Notes: generated by a model not told the origin, from the letters alone. DNA of 64,000 nucleotides from an uncultured Candidatus Rokubacteria bacterium (GCA_963708025.1 CAVPSB010000007.1:32001-96000), one strand, 5' to 3'; shown: positions 20,154-31,312, counted from the first letter of the stretch. Made by a program: numbers and translations.

Positions 20154-22379
20154 CGCGGCGACGGGGCGCCGCGGCCACTTGAAGGTCTGGATCAGCGCGG
20201 AGAAATCGTCGGTCCAGGCGGCCAGAGCCGGGTCGCCGCGGGCCTGACGCCAGCGAGGGTCGGCCGCCAGGGGAGCCAGGTCGGCCGGCTGGCGGGCCAT
20301 CACCACCCACTCCGACGGCCGCTTGCCTCTCTCGTACTCCTCGTCGCTCACCACGGCGTCGTCCTGGACGAGGGCCGCCAGGCTGGCGTCGCGGGCCAGG
20401 TTGGCGAGCACCGGCTCGAAGTCCATGTGCCGGTTCGAGATGTTGAAGACGAGGATCCCGCCCGCGGCCAGCTTGTCGAGGTAGAGGGCCAGCGCCTCGC
20501 GCGTGATCAGGTGAAGCGGCGGCGAGTCCGAGCTGTACGCGTCCAGGATGAGCAGGTCGTAGTCCCGGGGCGGCGCCGAGACGAGCGAGAGCCGCGCGTC
20601 GCCGAGCACGACCCGCACGCCGGGGACGCAGTCCCGCAGGAAGGTGAAGTACCGGTCGTCCCGCGCGATCCGCTCGACCACCGGGTCGATCTCGTAGAAG
20701 ATCCACCGCTGCCCCGGCGTGGCGTGACACGCGATGGCGCCGGCGCCGAGGCCGACGACCGCGACCGACTGGCGGAGCCGCGGCCCGCCGTAGGCGGCGA
20801 AGACCTGGCCGAGCGGGCCGGTCCGGTAGAAGTAGGCGAGCGGCTCCCGCCGCCGGGCCGGCTCCAGGCTCTGCATGCCGTGGAGCGTCGTGCCGTGGAG
20901 GAGGTAGTGGTACCCGCCCGGCTCGTCGCGGGTCACCCGGCTGATGCCGAAGAAGCTCCGCTCGGCGTAGAGGAGCCGCCCCTCCTCTCCCCGGTAGACC
21001 CCGGCGGCCACGAGGATGGCGGCGATCCCCAGGCCGAAGCGGACCGGCCGCCGCGAGAAGGCGAAGCAGACGAGGACGAGCAGCCCGAAGACGAGCCCCA
21101 TGTGCGCCCGGGCGCCCTCCGGATCGCGGGCCTGGACGATCGCGACCAGGCCGGCCCCGAGGAGCCCGAGGGCGATCGGGAGTGCCCCGTCGAGGACCCG
21201 CTGCATCGGCGTCGAGGCCGCCGCCTTCGGCCGGCGCACCAGGAGGCAGCCGAGGACGAGCGTCAGCGGGTACTCGAGCACGGTGGTGAAGAGGAGCGGG
21301 GCGAGCAGCGCCGTGAACGCCCCGCCCAGGACGCCGCCCACCGACATCCAGAGGTAGAACTCGGTGAGGTGGCCGGTCGCCGGGCGGTCCCGCGCCAGCT
21401 CGCCGTGGCACACCATCGCGATCACGAACAGCGCCAGGGGGTGGACCGGCAGCACCAGCGCCAGCGGCCCGGTGGCCCGCGAGGCGAGCACCAGGACGAG
21501 CGGGAGCATGGCGATGGGGAGCAGCTCCACCATGAGGGTATGGGGGAGCGGCGGGCGCCGCGCGAAGACGAGGATGAAGGTCAGGAGGTAGATCGCCAGC
21601 GGGATGACCCACAGGAGCGGGATGGCGGCGATGTCGGTGGAGAGATAGGTCGTCACCCCCAGCATGAGGCTCGAGGGCACGAACGACAGGAGCACCCAGC
21701 GTAGCCGGCGGGCGGCGGTGGGGGCCGGCGCGGCCTCGGGTAGCGGGCCGTCGGAGGCGCCCGCCACCGCCGGCACCGTCCGCCGGGCGAGGGAGCGCCA
21801 GACGAAGACGGCGCAGGCCAGGGTCAGCACGACGAGCAGGCCGTACGCCGCCGTCCAGAGCCCGCTCTGCTGGCCGAGGCGCAGGTACGGCTCGATGAGC
21901 GACGGGTAGCTCAGGAGCACCAGCATGCTGCCCAGGTTGCTGGCCGCGTAGAGGAAGTACGGATCGGCGGCCGCCCGGTGGCCGGTCGCCGTGAACCACT
22001 TCTGGAGAAGGGGCGCGCTCGTCGACACCACGAAGAAGGGCAAGCCGACGGCCACGGCCAGCACGGAGAGGAGCCAGGGGATGGGGCTGCCCTGGGCCGG
22101 CGGCGTCCACCCCGGGGGCACGCCGATGGGAAGCGCCAGCAGGGGGAGGAGCAGCACCACCGCGTGGAGCGCGACCTGGCGGCGCGGCCCGAGCCACGCG
22201 CTCGTGGCGTGGGCGTAGCCGTACCCGGCGAGAAGGGCCGCCTGATAGAACACCATGGCGGTGTTCCAGACCGCCGGCGCCCCACCGAGGAGCGGGAGCA
22301 CCATCCGCGCGAACATGGGCTGCACCAGGAACAGCAGGGTCGCGCTCAGGAAGATCGTGACCGTGTAGACGATGAGCAT
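20142..22379 (-). CDS. Membrane protein fused to a spermidine-synthase-like SAM-binding domain
   Basis: LLFLVQPM, DPYFLYAASNLGS, HGTTLHG, VVGLGAG, YEIDP, DAYSSD, WTDDFS. Confidence 0.85.
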   Translation of the reverse strand: MLIVYTVTIFLSATLLFLVQPMFARMVLPLLGGAPAVWNTAMVFYQAALLAGYGYAHATSAWLGPRRQVALHAVVLLLPLLALPIGVPPGWTPPAQGSPIPWLLSVLAVAVGLPFFVVSTSAPLLQKWFTATGHRAAADPYFLYAASNLGSMLVLLSYPSLIEPYLRLGQQSGLWTAAYGLLVVLTLACAVFVWRSLARRTVPAVAGASDGPLPEAAPAPTAARRLRWVLLSFVPSSLMLGVTTYLSTDIAAIPLLWVIPLAIYLLTFILVFARRPPLPHTLMVELLPIAMLPLVLVLASRATGPLALVLPVHPLALFVIAMVCHGELARDRPATGHLTEFYLWMSVGGVLGGAFTALLAPLLFTTVLEYPLTLVLGCLLVRRPKAAASTPMQRVLDGALPIALGLLGAGLVAIVQARDPEGARAHMGLVFGLLVLVCFAFSRRPVRFGLGIAAILVAAGVYRGEEGRLLYAERSFFGISRVTRDEPGGYHYLLHGTTLHGMQSLEPARRREPLAYFYRTGPLGQVFAAYGGPRLRQSVAVVGLGAGAIACHATPGQRWIFYEIDPVVERIARDDRYFTFLRDCVPGVRVVLGDARLSLVSAPPRDYDLLILDAYSSDSPPLHLITREALALYLDKLAAGGILVFNISNRHMDFEPVLANLARDASLAALVQDDAVVSDEEYERGKRPSEWVVMARQPADLAPLAADPRWRQARGDPALAAWTDDFSALIQTFKWPRRPVAASRG

Positions 22380-22497
22380 GGGGTCGTCGCCTGGCAGTCC
22401 AGCGTACGCCCGCACCGCGCCGGATTCCTAACATTCCGGCGGGATGGCCGCCGGTGGCCGGGCTCGCGGTAGAATCGGTGAGGAGACACGCGCAGGC

Positions 22498-23349
22498 ATG
22501 CGAGTCCGGACCGAGCGGGACTATTACGCAATCCTCGGTGTGGCCCAGACCGCCACCGATGACGAGGTCAAGCACGCCTACCGCCGTCTCGCTCTTCGCC
22601 ATCACCCCGACCGCAATCCGGGAGACCGGAAGGCCGAGGAGCGGTTCAAGGAGATCAGCGAGGCCTACGCGGTCCTGATGGACCCGCGCCGGCGGCGCGA
22701 GTACGAACGGCTCCGCCGGGCCCGCGCCGAAGGGTCCCGACCCCGCGAGCCGCGCTGGCGCGAGGAGGATCTGTTCCGCGACCTCTTCACCGATCCGCGG
22801 ACCGCCTCGATCTTCGACGAGCTGTCCCGCGAGTGGACCCGGATGGGACTGCGCTACGACGAGGCGTTCCTGCGTAACGTCTTCTTCCGTGGCCAGGGGG
22901 TCATCGTGATCGGGCCCTCGGGCATCCGCTGGATCGGCACCTTCGGCGGGCGGGCGCCGGCTGAGCGCGTGGCCGAGGGCGGGGAAGCCGGCGGGACGGC
23001 GAGCGGGGAGGTGGTGCCGTCGATCCCCGGCTTCCTTGGCCGGGCGTGGGGGCGGTTCAGGGAGCGCGTGGCCGCGCCGCTCCGGGCGCTGAAGCAGGCG
23101 CTGGCGCTCGATTCGGGCGAGCGAAGCCGGGGCGATCTCTCCTACGAGATCGCGCTGACCTCCGAGGAGCTCGGCCGGGGAGGCCGGTACCGCGTCACGA
23201 TCCAGCGGCCCGGCCGCACCGAGGAGCTGCTCGTCCGGATCCCCGTCGGGACTCGCGCGGGCACTCGCCTGCGATTGCGCGGAAAGGGAGAGCCCGGACG
23301 GGACGGCACCCCCGGCGACCTCTACCTCCTCGTCCGCCCCCGAAGCTGA
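22498..23349 (+). CDS. J-domain protein with a partial DnaJ C-terminal domain
   Basis: [23 protein letters not shown]-terminal LRLRGKG...GDLYL; no zinc finger. Confidence 0.85.
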   Translation: MRVRTERDYYAILGVAQTATDDEVKHAYRRLALRHHPDRNPGDRKAEERFKEISEAYAVLMDPRRRREYERLRRARAEGSRPREPRWREEDLFRDLFTDPRTASIFDELSREWTRMGLRYDEAFLRNVFFRGQGVIVIGPSGIRWIGTFGGRAPAERVAEGGEAGGTASGEVVPSIPGFLGRAWGRFRERVAAPLRALKQALALDSGERSRGDLSYEIALTSEELGRGGRYRVTIQRPGRTEELLVRIPVGTRAGTRLRLRGKGEPGRDGTPGDLYLLVRPRS

Positions 23350-23697
23350 GCAGCGCGCAGCTCCGCGTTGGCCTGACCCAGCTCGTCGGCCCGCTGGACC
23401 AGCGCCGCGTGCTGAGCCCGGAGCTACGCCGCCACCCGATTTCGTCCCGGCGTCACCTTCCGATACGGACGCCCTCCGGCGGTCCCATCCCGGCCCTGTC
23501 TCGCCTGGGAGCACCACGCTGGTCTCCACGGTTGGTTGATCCTCACCGGCTGTCGTCGTAGAGTCGAACATGTCCATGTGGCCCAATGGTTCCGGAGGGA
23601 GTGGGCTCTGGCCGGTCGAGGCGCCCGGCGCCGTGAGGGCGCGCCGACCGGTGACGACGATGGCCGGCCCCGGTCGGCGGGTCTGGTCCTGGGGGCC

Positions 23698-24963
23698 GTG
23701 TTGACGTCCCCGGGCCGCCGGCGTCTTGGCCGTGCCCTCGCCGCGCTGGCCGTCCTCGGTGGGATCGGCTACGGCGTCTGGTGGTATCTGGGGACGCGCC
23801 ACCAGGTCTCGACCGAGGACGCGAGCATCGAGGGGTCCGTCGTCATCGTCAGCGCCCGGGTGGCGGGCCCGGTGGCGAAGATCCTCGTGCGCGACAACGA
23901 AGAGGTCCGCGCCAATCAGGTAGTCGTGGAGATCGACCCGCGGGACTACGAGATCCGGGTCCAGCAGGCGAAGGCCGCGCTGGCCATGGCGGTGGCGAGC
24001 GAGCGGGCGGCGCAGACCGACGTGCCGATGACGCGAGCGACGTCGGCCAACCGGATCGAGCAGATGGACGCGGCGCTCGAGGCGGCCCGGGTCGCGGTCG
24101 AGATGGGGCGCGCCCAGGTCGCCGAGGCGCGGGCCCGGCTCGAGGGCCGGCTGGCCGCCGTGGCCGCCGCCCGCGCCGACGCCGCGGTCGCGGAGACGAC
24201 CGTGGACAAGGCGCGCCGGGACCACGAGCGCCTGGCCCGGCTGGCCGCCCAGGGGCTGGTCTCCAAGCAAGACCACGAGACGGCGGAGATCGGCGAGCGG
24301 GCGGCCCGGGCCGCGCTGGACGCGACCCACCGCCGGCTCGCCCAGGCCGAGAGGGAGGCCGAGCAGGCGGCGGCCGAGGTGCGAACCCGGGAGCTGACCG
24401 CGGACCAGGCGCAGCGCCGGACCCGGGAGGCCGCGGCGCTCCTCAGCGAGGCCGAGTCACAGAAGGCGCAGGTGCCGATGAAGGAGGCCGGTGCGGGCCG
24501 CGCCGTCGCCGAGGTCCAGCAGGCCCAGGCCGACCTCGCCGCCGCCGAGCTGCAGCTCGCCAAGAGTCGGGTCCGGGCGCCGGTGGACGGCATCGTGTCC
24601 AAGAAGACGGTGGAGCCGGGCCAGCTCGTCCAGCCGGGCCAGCCGCTGCTGGCGATCGTTCCGCTCCACGGCGTATGGGTCGTCGCGAACTTCAAGGAGA
24701 CCCAGATGGGGCGCATCCGTCCCGGCCAGCGGGCCACGGTCGTGGTGGACACCTTCCCCGATCGGCTCCTGCACGGGACCGTGGACTCGATCAGCGCCGG
24801 CACCGGCTCCCGCTTCAGCCTCCTGCCGCCCGAGAACGCCACCGGCAACTGGGTCAAGGTCGTCCAGCGCGTGCCGGTGAAGATCCTGCTCGACGGCTAC
24901 AAGCCGAACCCGCACATCCTGCGTCCCGGCATGTCGGCGACCGTCACCATCGACGTGCGGTGA
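23698..24963 (+). CDS. EmrA/HlyD-family efflux membrane-fusion protein (start uncertain, 23536-23700)
   Basis: VSTEDA, ANFKETQ, FSLLPPENATGNWVKVVQRVPV. Confidence 0.88.
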   Translation: MLTSPGRRRLGRALAALAVLGGIGYGVWWYLGTRHQVSTEDASIEGSVVIVSARVAGPVAKILVRDNEEVRANQVVVEIDPRDYEIRVQQAKAALAMAVASERAAQTDVPMTRATSANRIEQMDAALEAARVAVEMGRAQVAEARARLEGRLAAVAAARADAAVAETTVDKARRDHERLARLAAQGLVSKQDHETAEIGERAARAALDATHRRLAQAEREAEQAAAEVRTRELTADQAQRRTREAAALLSEAESQKAQVPMKEAGAGRAVAEVQQAQADLAAAELQLAKSRVRAPVDGIVSKKTVEPGQLVQPGQPLLAIVPLHGVWVVANFKETQMGRIRPGQRATVVVDTFPDRLLHGTVDSISAGTGSRFSLLPPENATGNWVKVVQRVPVKILLDGYKPNPHILRPGMSATVTIDVR

Positions 24964-24977
24964 GGGCCTGAGGCTGA

Positions 24978-25067
24978 GAGCGCGTGAAGCAACCGGGTTC
25001 TCCGACTCCCCCCTCCCCCCAGTGGGTGGGGGAGGGGGGCTGGGGGGGAGGGCGGGAGGTCCCGAAC
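24978..25067 (+). repeat. Family B repeat, copy B1
   Basis: GTGAAG...CCCCCCTCCCCC-loop-GGGGGAGGGGG...GGGCGGGAGGTCCCGAAC; bounded by TGA and TAA. Confidence 0.9.
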
Positions 25068-25070
25068 TAA

Positions 25071-26645
25071 CACCTTGGCTCTCGGGCGAAGCCGCCCGCC
25101 GGTGGGTGGTCACGGTGGCCGTCATGCTGGTGGCCACCATGCAGATCCTCGACACCACCGTCACCAACGTCGCGCTGCCCCAGATGCAGGGGAGCCTCTC
25201 GGCGTCGGTCGACGAGATCACCTGGGTCTTCACGTCGTTCCTGGCGGCCAACGCCGTCGTCCTCCCGGCCACCGGCTGGCTCTCGACCCTCCTCGGCCGG
25301 CGCCGGTTCTTCTTCGCCAGCACCGTCGTATTCATGGCCAGCTCGCTCCTGGCCGCAATCGCGCCGAGCCTGCCGGTCCTGGTGGGGGCGCGCGTCCTGC
25401 AAGGGATCGGAGGGGGACCGCTCCTGCCGCTGTCGCAGGCGATCCTGATGGAGATCTTCCCGGCGCGCCAGCGCGGGCAGGCGATGGCGATCTGGGGCCT
25501 GGGCGTGATGTTCGCCCCCATCGTCGGCCCGACGCTCGGGCGGCTGGATCACCGACAACGTGAGCTGGCGGTGGATCTTCTACCTCAACCTGCCGATCGG
25601 CGCGCTGGCCCTGATCCTCGCCTGGGCTTTCCTGGAGGAGCCGACCTACTCGCCGGCGCCCGTCACGCGGATCGACGGGCTGGGGCTCGCGTTGATGGTC
25701 CTCGGGGTGGGCGCCATCCAGATCGCGCTGGACCGCGGCAACCGGCTGGACTGGTTCGACTCGCCCGACATCTCGATGCTGGTCGTGGTGGGGGGCGTCG
25801 CGCTGGTCGCCTTCGTCGCCCGCGAGCTGACCACCGAGCATCCGATCGTGGACCTGCGGGTGCTCGCCGACCGGACGTTCGCCATCGGCGCGCTCCTCAT
25901 CGCCCTCATGGGGTTCGGGCTGTACTCGAGCATGGTGCTCCTGACCCTGTACGTCGAGCACCTGCTGGGCTACGACGCCCTGACGACGGGTTACGTGTTG
26001 GCCCCCGGCGGTCTGGGCTCGATGATCTCCCTCGCGGTGGCCGGCCGGTTGGTGAACCGGGTCGACCCCCGCTGGCTGGTGTCCGTCGGCGCCGCCATCA
26101 TCGCGTACTCGCTCCAGCTCATGTCGTCCTTGAGCCTCGGCGCCGACTTCGAGACCGTGCTCTGGTCGCGCTTCGTCCAGGGGCTCGGGATGGGGCTCGT
26201 CTTCGTCCCGCTCACGACGATGACCCTGGCCGCCGTGCCGGCGGTGGGGATGACCAACGCCACCGGGGTGTTCAACGTGGTCCGGAACCTGGGTGGCAGC
26301 GCGGGGATCGCGGTGCTGACCACGCTGCTCTCCCGCCAGACCCAGGCTCACCAGGCGACACTCGTCGGCCGGGTGACCGTCTGGGATCCCGCGACGACCG
26401 AGCGCCTCGCCGCCCTCGAGCGCGTTTACGCGGCCGGCGGCGCCGACGCCCACACCGCCCAGACCCAGGCTCTCCAGCACCTCTATCTCGAGGTACAGCG
26501 GCAGGCTTCGATGAAAGCGTTCCTCGGGAACTTCTGGCTCCTGACGCTCTGCTTCGCGGCGTTCGTCCCCCTGGTCTGGTGCATGTCCCGGCCGACGCAC
26601 CTCGCGACGAAGGACGAGGTGCTACAAGCGGTCGAAGCGGGCTGA
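25071..26645 (+). CDS. DHA2/EmrB-family MFS efflux permease (frameshift near 25540; start uncertain)
   Basis: MQILDTTVTNVALP, LQGIGGG, GPTLG then WRWIFYLNLPIG, LDWFDS, RNLGGS. Confidence 0.85.
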
Positions 26646-26658
26646 CGGCCCCCTCCCG

Positions 26659-26871
26659 GTGCCCTTCCGGCTGCCGCAGCTCGGCCGCCCCCAGGACACC
26701 TGGCCCGGCGTCACCATCAGCGGCGCCGTGATCCTGGCCGCGGCCGTTTTGGCCGACGCCTTCGGCGACCCGCCGCGCGGGGGGCCCCGCCTGATGGTCG
26801 GCCTTGCCCTCGGCTTCGTCCTCCTCGTCCTCGGCTACCTGCTCCGTTACTGGGAGCGGCGCCGCCCCTGA
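26659..26871 (+). CDS. Small two-TM membrane protein
   Basis: 70 aa, two hydrophobic helices, basic C-terminus. Confidence 0.55.
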   Translation: MPFRLPQLGRPQDTWPGVTISGAVILAAAVLADAFGDPPRGGPRLMVGLALGFVLLVLGYLLRYWERRRP

Positions 26872-26883
26872 CCCTCTAACTAA

Positions 26884-26974
26884 AGAGAGTCCAAACCAAG
26901 CGGTCCCTCCGGCACCCCCCTCCCCCCCAGTGGGTGGGGGAGGGGGGTCGGGGGGTGGGAGGGAGGTCCCGAAC
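26884..26974 (+). repeat. Family B repeat, copy B2
   Basis: Same C-tract/G-tract hairpin and GGGAGGTCCCGAAC end; preceded by TAA. Confidence 0.85.
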
Positions 26975-26977
26975 AAT

Positions 26978-28108
26978 ATGCGCTACGACCTGATCCTCAA
27001 AGGCGGTCACCTCATCGACCCCGCCGCCGGCCTCGACGCGCGCCGCGACGTCGCCTTCTCGGCAGGGCGGGTGGCGGCGGTGGACGCCGACATCCCCCGG
27101 GAGGCCGGGCGGGAGGTCATCGAGCTGGCCGGCGCCTACGTCGCCCCGGGACTGATCGACCTCCACGCCCACGCCTTCATCGCGGGCCACGACCTCGGGG
27201 TCGAGACCGATCCCATCTGCCGGGCCACCGGCGTCACCACGCTGTGCGACGCCGGCAGCACGGGGGCGGCAAACTTCACCGGGCTCCGCGAGTACGTGAT
27301 GGCGCGCGCCGAGACCCGGGTCCTGGCGTTTCTCCACGTGTCGGCCATCGGCCTCACCCATCTCGGGATCGGCGAGCACTCCTTTCTCGAGTACGCCGAC
27401 CCGGACCTGGCGGCCGGCGTGGCCCGCGAGCACCGCGACGTGATCCTCGGCATCAAGGTGCGGGAGCAGGTCGAGGTCGTCGGGGGCCACGGCCTCGAGC
27501 CCCTCCGCCGAGGGATCCGAGCGGCGGAGGCGGCCGGCGTCCCGGTGATCGTCCACGTCAACAACCCGCCGACCGAGTATGGCGAGGTGCTCGCCCTCCT
27601 GCGTCCGGGCGACATCGTGAGCCACTTCTTCCACGGGCGCGGGTCCGGCATCCTCGACGCCCAGGGCCGCATCAAGCCGACCGTTCACGAGGCGCGGCGC
27701 CGGGGCGTCCTCTTCGACGTCGCCCACGGGCGGAATCACGTGAACTTCCCGGTCGTGCGACGGGCCTTCGAGCAGGCCTTCTACCCGGACAGCATCTCCT
27801 CGGACCTGACCCGGCCGGGGCGAGCGGGTGTCGTCAAGGATCTGCCGACCACGCTGTCGAAGTTCCTGAGCCTCGGCATGCCGCTCGCCGAGGTCGTACG
27901 CGCGGCCACGGCGACGCCGGCGCGGGCGATCGGGCGCAGCGGGGAACTGGGCACGTTGCAGGTCGGCGCGGTGGGGGACGCGGCGGTGTTCAAGGTGGAG
28001 GAGGGGCGCTTCCCGTACGAGGACGCCGACCGCAACACCATCGAGGGCGCCATGCGTTGGGCACCCCGGCTCACGGTCCGGGCCGGCCGGCTGTGGTGGA
28101 CCGCCTAG
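26978..28108 (+). CDS. Amidohydrolase/deacetylase-family metallohydrolase (dihydroorotase-like)
   Basis: YDLILKGGHLIDP, PGLIDLHAH, GVTTLCDAGS, FDVAHG, ISSDL. Confidence 0.88.
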   Translation: MRYDLILKGGHLIDPAAGLDARRDVAFSAGRVAAVDADIPREAGREVIELAGAYVAPGLIDLHAHAFIAGHDLGVETDPICRATGVTTLCDAGSTGAANFTGLREYVMARAETRVLAFLHVSAIGLTHLGIGEHSFLEYADPDLAAGVAREHRDVILGIKVREQVEVVGGHGLEPLRRGIRAAEAAGVPVIVHVNNPPTEYGEVLALLRPGDIVSHFFHGRGSGILDAQGRIKPTVHEARRRGVLFDVAHGRNHVNFPVVRRAFEQAFYPDSISSDLTRPGRAGVVKDLPTTLSKFLSLGMPLAEVVRAATATPARAIGRSGELGTLQVGAVGDAAVFKVEEGRFPYEDADRNTIEGAMRWAPRLTVRAGRLWWTA

Positions 28109-28352
28109 GGGGCGGGGCCGATGAGCGTCGCAACGTCCATCTCGGTCTGGACGCGCTCGGCCTGCATCGATCGGACGGCCTTCGGCCTGTGGGCGTCCGT
28201 CCCGACCTAGGGTCGTCCTCGGTCGTCGCCGATCCTCGGCGTACTCGGAGTACGCCTGCGGTCGGCGACTCCCTGCGTCCATTGGACGGCCTTCGGCCTG
28301 TGGGCGCTGCTCGCTCCTCGGCCCCGCCCCCGAGAACTTGACTCGTCAAGGA
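28109..28352 (+). repeat. Family A repeat, copy A2
   Basis: Terminal stem GGGGCGGGGCCGA/TCGGCCCCGCCCC; CTAG at 28105 and 28353. Confidence 0.9.
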
Positions 28353-29153
28353 CTAGCGAGGACGGCCGAAGAACAGGAGGATCGCGATGCCGAGCGCGAT
28401 CCGGTACACCACGAACACCGTCAGCGTGCGGCGCTGGAGGTAGCGGATCAGGAACCACACCGCCGCCAGGCCAGCCACGAACGAGGTCAGGAGACCCACG
28501 CCGAGGGCGGCCGCCTCGCCGCCGGGGAGGCCGTGACGCAGCAGGGTGACCGTCTTCAGCAGACCGGCGCCGGCGGTGAGGGGCAGCCCGAGCAGGAAGG
28601 CCAAGCGAGCCGCGGTAGGGCGATCGAGGCCGGCGAAGAGCCCGGCCGAGACGGTGATGCCCGAGCGCGAGGTGCCCGGCGCCAGCGCCAGGATCTGGGC
28701 GCAGCCGATCGCCAGACCCCGAAGAACGCCGACGTCGCGCAACTCGTCCACGTGGGCCCGAGCGGCCCGGCGGTCGGCCCACCAGAGGATGAGGCCTCCC
28801 CCGATGGTGGCGAGAGCGACCGTGCCCGCCGAGCGCAGGTAGGCCTCGATGGGGCGCTCCAGGAGGACGCCGGCGATCGCGGCGGGGATGGTCCCGACGG
28901 CCAGGGCGGCGACGAGCCTGCGGTCCCGCCGCGACCCGGTCAGCGTGCCGATGGCGAGTCCGCGGAGCTCCGGGGCGAAGTAGCAGAGGAGCGCCAGCGC
29001 GGTCCCGAGGTGCACGGCGGCGTCGAAGGCGAGTCCCTGATCCGGCCAGCCGAGGAGCGCCGGGACGAGGATCAGGTGGCCAGACGACGAGATCGGCAAG
29101 AACTCGGTGACGCCCTGGACGAATCCCAGGACCAGCGCGTGGAGGAGCGTCAC
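28353..29153 (-). CDS. uppP: Undecaprenyl-diphosphate phosphatase
   Basis: QGVTEFLPISSSGH, PGTSRSG, FVVYRI. Confidence 0.93.
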   Translation of the reverse strand: MTLLHALVLGFVQGVTEFLPISSSGHLILVPALLGWPDQGLAFDAAVHLGTALALLCYFAPELRGLAIGTLTGSRRDRRLVAALAVGTIPAAIAGVLLERPIEAYLRSAGTVALATIGGGLILWWADRRAARAHVDELRDVGVLRGLAIGCAQILALAPGTSRSGITVSAGLFAGLDRPTAARLAFLLGLPLTAGAGLLKTVTLLRHGLPGGEAAALGVGLLTSFVAGLAAVWFLIRYLQRRTLTVFVVYRIALGIAILLFFGRPR

Positions 29154-29321
29154 GTGGAGGCTACGGGGGCGTCGCTAGCGGTTTCCCACCGAGGACCGAG
29201 CCGCCCTGGGACGACGGGGCGCGAACGTCGCCGACGCGACCACTAGAGTAGGACCGTTCGCGCAACCGGAAAGACGGCCCGGGGCGCGGGGCGTGCGGGG
29301 CCAAGTGACGAGCCTGGCTAG

Positions 29322-29490
29322 GGCGGAGGGAATCGCCGACCGCGGGCGTACTCCGAGTACGCCGAGGATCGGCGACGACCCCAGAGGTCGGGACGGACGC
29401 CCTCAGGCCGAAGGCCGTCCGATCGACGCAGGCCGAGCGCGCCCCGGCCGAGATGGAGGACGACGCCAGGCGAAGTCAATTGGCTCCGCA
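29322..29490 (-). repeat. Family A repeat, copy A3 (shorter)
   Basis: Reverse complement of the core GTCGCCGATCCTCGGCGTACTCGGAGTACGCC; CTAG at 29318 and 29491. Confidence 0.85.
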
Positions 29491-30306
29491 CTAGCCTACG
29501 ATGTCCTCGCCGCCATCGACGCCCAGCACGTTGCCGGTCATCCAGTGGGTGCTCGAGTGCGCGAAGGCGACGATGGCGCCGGCGACGTCCTGGGTAGTGG
29601 TCAGGCGGCCGAAGGGGTTGCGGGCCAGGGCGGCCGCCTTGATCCTCTCGGACCCCGGGATCTTCTGGAGGGCCGGCGTGTCGGTCACCCCGGCCCGGAC
29701 GGCGTTGACGGTGATGCCCCGGGGCGCTAGCTCCATCGCGAGCTGGCGAACGTGGGATTCCAGCGCGGCCTTGGCCCCCGACACCGGCCCGTAGTTCGGC
29801 AGGACCCGGGTGCCGCCGCCGCTCGTCATCGCGAAGATCCGCCCGCCGCCACCCATCAGGCCACGAACTACGACGTCCTGGGTCCAGTAGACCAGCGTGT
29901 GAGCCATGACGTCCAGCGTCATGTCCATCTGGTCCTTGGACACCGCCTCCTTGATGGGCTCGGCGATGAACGGCTTGAGCGTCCCGAAGGCGAGCGAGTG
30001 GAGCAGCACCCGAAGCCGGCCGCTCTCGCCACGGGCCTCCAGGTGCTTCTGCACCGCGTCGAGCACCTCGGTCCGGCGGTCCGGGTCGGCGGCGTTGACG
30101 TTGAAGAAGAGCGCCTCGCGCCCGTGGCGGCGGACCTCGACGGCGATGCGCTCGGCATTGGGCAGCGTGGCCTTCCGGTCGAGATGCACGCCGGCGATTG
30201 ACAGGCCGGCCTCCGCGAGGGCGAGCGTCGTGGCCTCACCGAAGCCGGAAGACGCGCCGAGGATCAACGCCCAGCCGGAAAGACGGATCGGGGGGTCGGT
30301 CGCCAT
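29491..30306 (-). CDS. SDR oxidoreductase, enoyl-ACP reductase (FabL-like)
   Basis: LILGASSGFG, YGPVSGAKAALE (Y-x6-K), GVTDTPAL, VDGG. Confidence 0.8.
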   Translation of the reverse strand: MATDPPIRLSGWALILGASSGFGEATTLALAEAGLSIAGVHLDRKATLPNAERIAVEVRRHGREALFFNVNAADPDRRTEVLDAVQKHLEARGESGRLRVLLHSLAFGTLKPFIAEPIKEAVSKDQMDMTLDVMAHTLVYWTQDVVVRGLMGGGGRIFAMTSGGGTRVLPNYGPVSGAKAALESHVRQLAMELAPRGITVNAVRAGVTDTPALQKIPGSERIKAAALARNPFGRLTTTQDVAGAIVAFAHSSTHWMTGNVLGVDGGEDIVG

Positions 30307-30333
30307 GGTGGGCGTCATTCTAGCACGAGGGAT

Positions 30334-31011
30334 TCAGCCGAGACGGCGGCGAAGCCATCCGGCCTTGAGTCGCCAGAGCCGCTCCTCACGCCGGCGGAAC
30401 GGCGGCGAGTCGCGGTACGCTCGGACGGCGTCAGCCGCCAGGAGCCGCGCCCGCTCGCGGTCCTCGGTCGCCAGGTAGGCTCGGGCGAGCTTGTAGCGGC
30501 CTTCCACGCTGGAGGCGTGGAGGGCGATGAAGGCCTCGAGCGGTGAGATCGCGTCGGCCGGGGAGCCCCGGCGGAGTTGGTAGTCCGCGAGGGCGAGGTG
30601 AGGCTCGCCATAGCGGAGCTTCGGGTCCAGGACGAGCGCGCGCTCGACGAGAGGGCGTCCGCCGCCGTCGCCGACACCGAGCCGCGCCGCGCCCAGGTAG
30701 TACAGCGTCTCCGGCGTGTCGGGCATGCGCGTCACGGCGGCCTCCAGGTGGGGCAGCGCGGCCGCCGGGCGGCCGGCCTCGACGAGGAGCCGGCCGAGGT
30801 CGCTGCGGGCCGCCGCATCGTGAGGATTGGCCCGCACGGCCTGTTTCAGCTCGCGGATCGCGCCCCAGCGCTCGACCGCGCGCGGGATCCGGAAGAGACG
30901 CCCCGACAGGTAGCCGTAGCCCGCCCCGGAGAGGAGCAACATTGCCAGCAGGGCCAGCAGCGGCTGACCCGTGATCCAGGAGAGGAGGGCCCACAGGAAG
31001 AGCTTCTCCAC
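30334..31011 (-). CDS. Membrane-anchored TPR protein
   Basis: N-terminal TM, then TPR-like helices (NPHDAAARSDLGRLL, LYYLG, DPKLRYGE). Confidence 0.75.
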   Translation of the reverse strand: MEKLFLWALLSWITGQPLLALLAMLLLSGAGYGYLSGRLFRIPRAVERWGAIRELKQAVRANPHDAAARSDLGRLLVEAGRPAAALPHLEAAVTRMPDTPETLYYLGAARLGVGDGGGRPLVERALVLDPKLRYGEPHLALADYQLRRGSPADAISPLEAFIALHASSVEGRYKLARAYLATEDRERARLLAADAVRAYRDSPPFRRREERLWRLKAGWLRRRLG

Positions 31012-31093
31012 GGCGCCACGATACCCAGCGCGGCGCCTTGCCCGCAAGCGCAGGGGGCCCCGGCGATCGCCGACGACCTCCCCGAGCATCTGA

Positions 31094-31312
31094 GGGGTGT
31101 GAAGGAATGGGGTTCTCCGGCTCCCCCCTCCCCCCGGTGGGTGGGGGAGGGGGGTTGGGGGGTGGGCGGGAGGTCCCGAACTGAGGGCGTGTGAAGGAAT
31201 GGTTCGTCCGGCCCCCCTCCCCCCGCCAAAGGCCGCAGGCCGTCCAACGGTGGGGGAGGGGGGCCAAAGGCCGAAGGCCGTCGAAGGATCGGGTGGGCGG
31301 GAGGTCTCGAAC
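31094..31312 (+). repeat. Tandem family B repeats B3 (31094-31181) and B4 (31185-31312)
   Basis: TGA-[B3]-TGA-[B4]-TGA; B4 carries two extra GGCCG(A/C)AGGCCGTC modules. Confidence 0.92.

Noticed and set aside
23340-23425. Minus-strand coiled-coil-like peptide ([25 protein letters not shown])
   Set aside because: Preceded by a stop, no start codon, and too short to assign; at most a relic
19921-24330. 1469-aa ORF and other very long Arg/Pro/Gly-rich ORFs (e.g. 4563-7925, 7114-10110, 55072-57141)
   Set aside because: Shadow frames of real genes in high-GC DNA; no motifs
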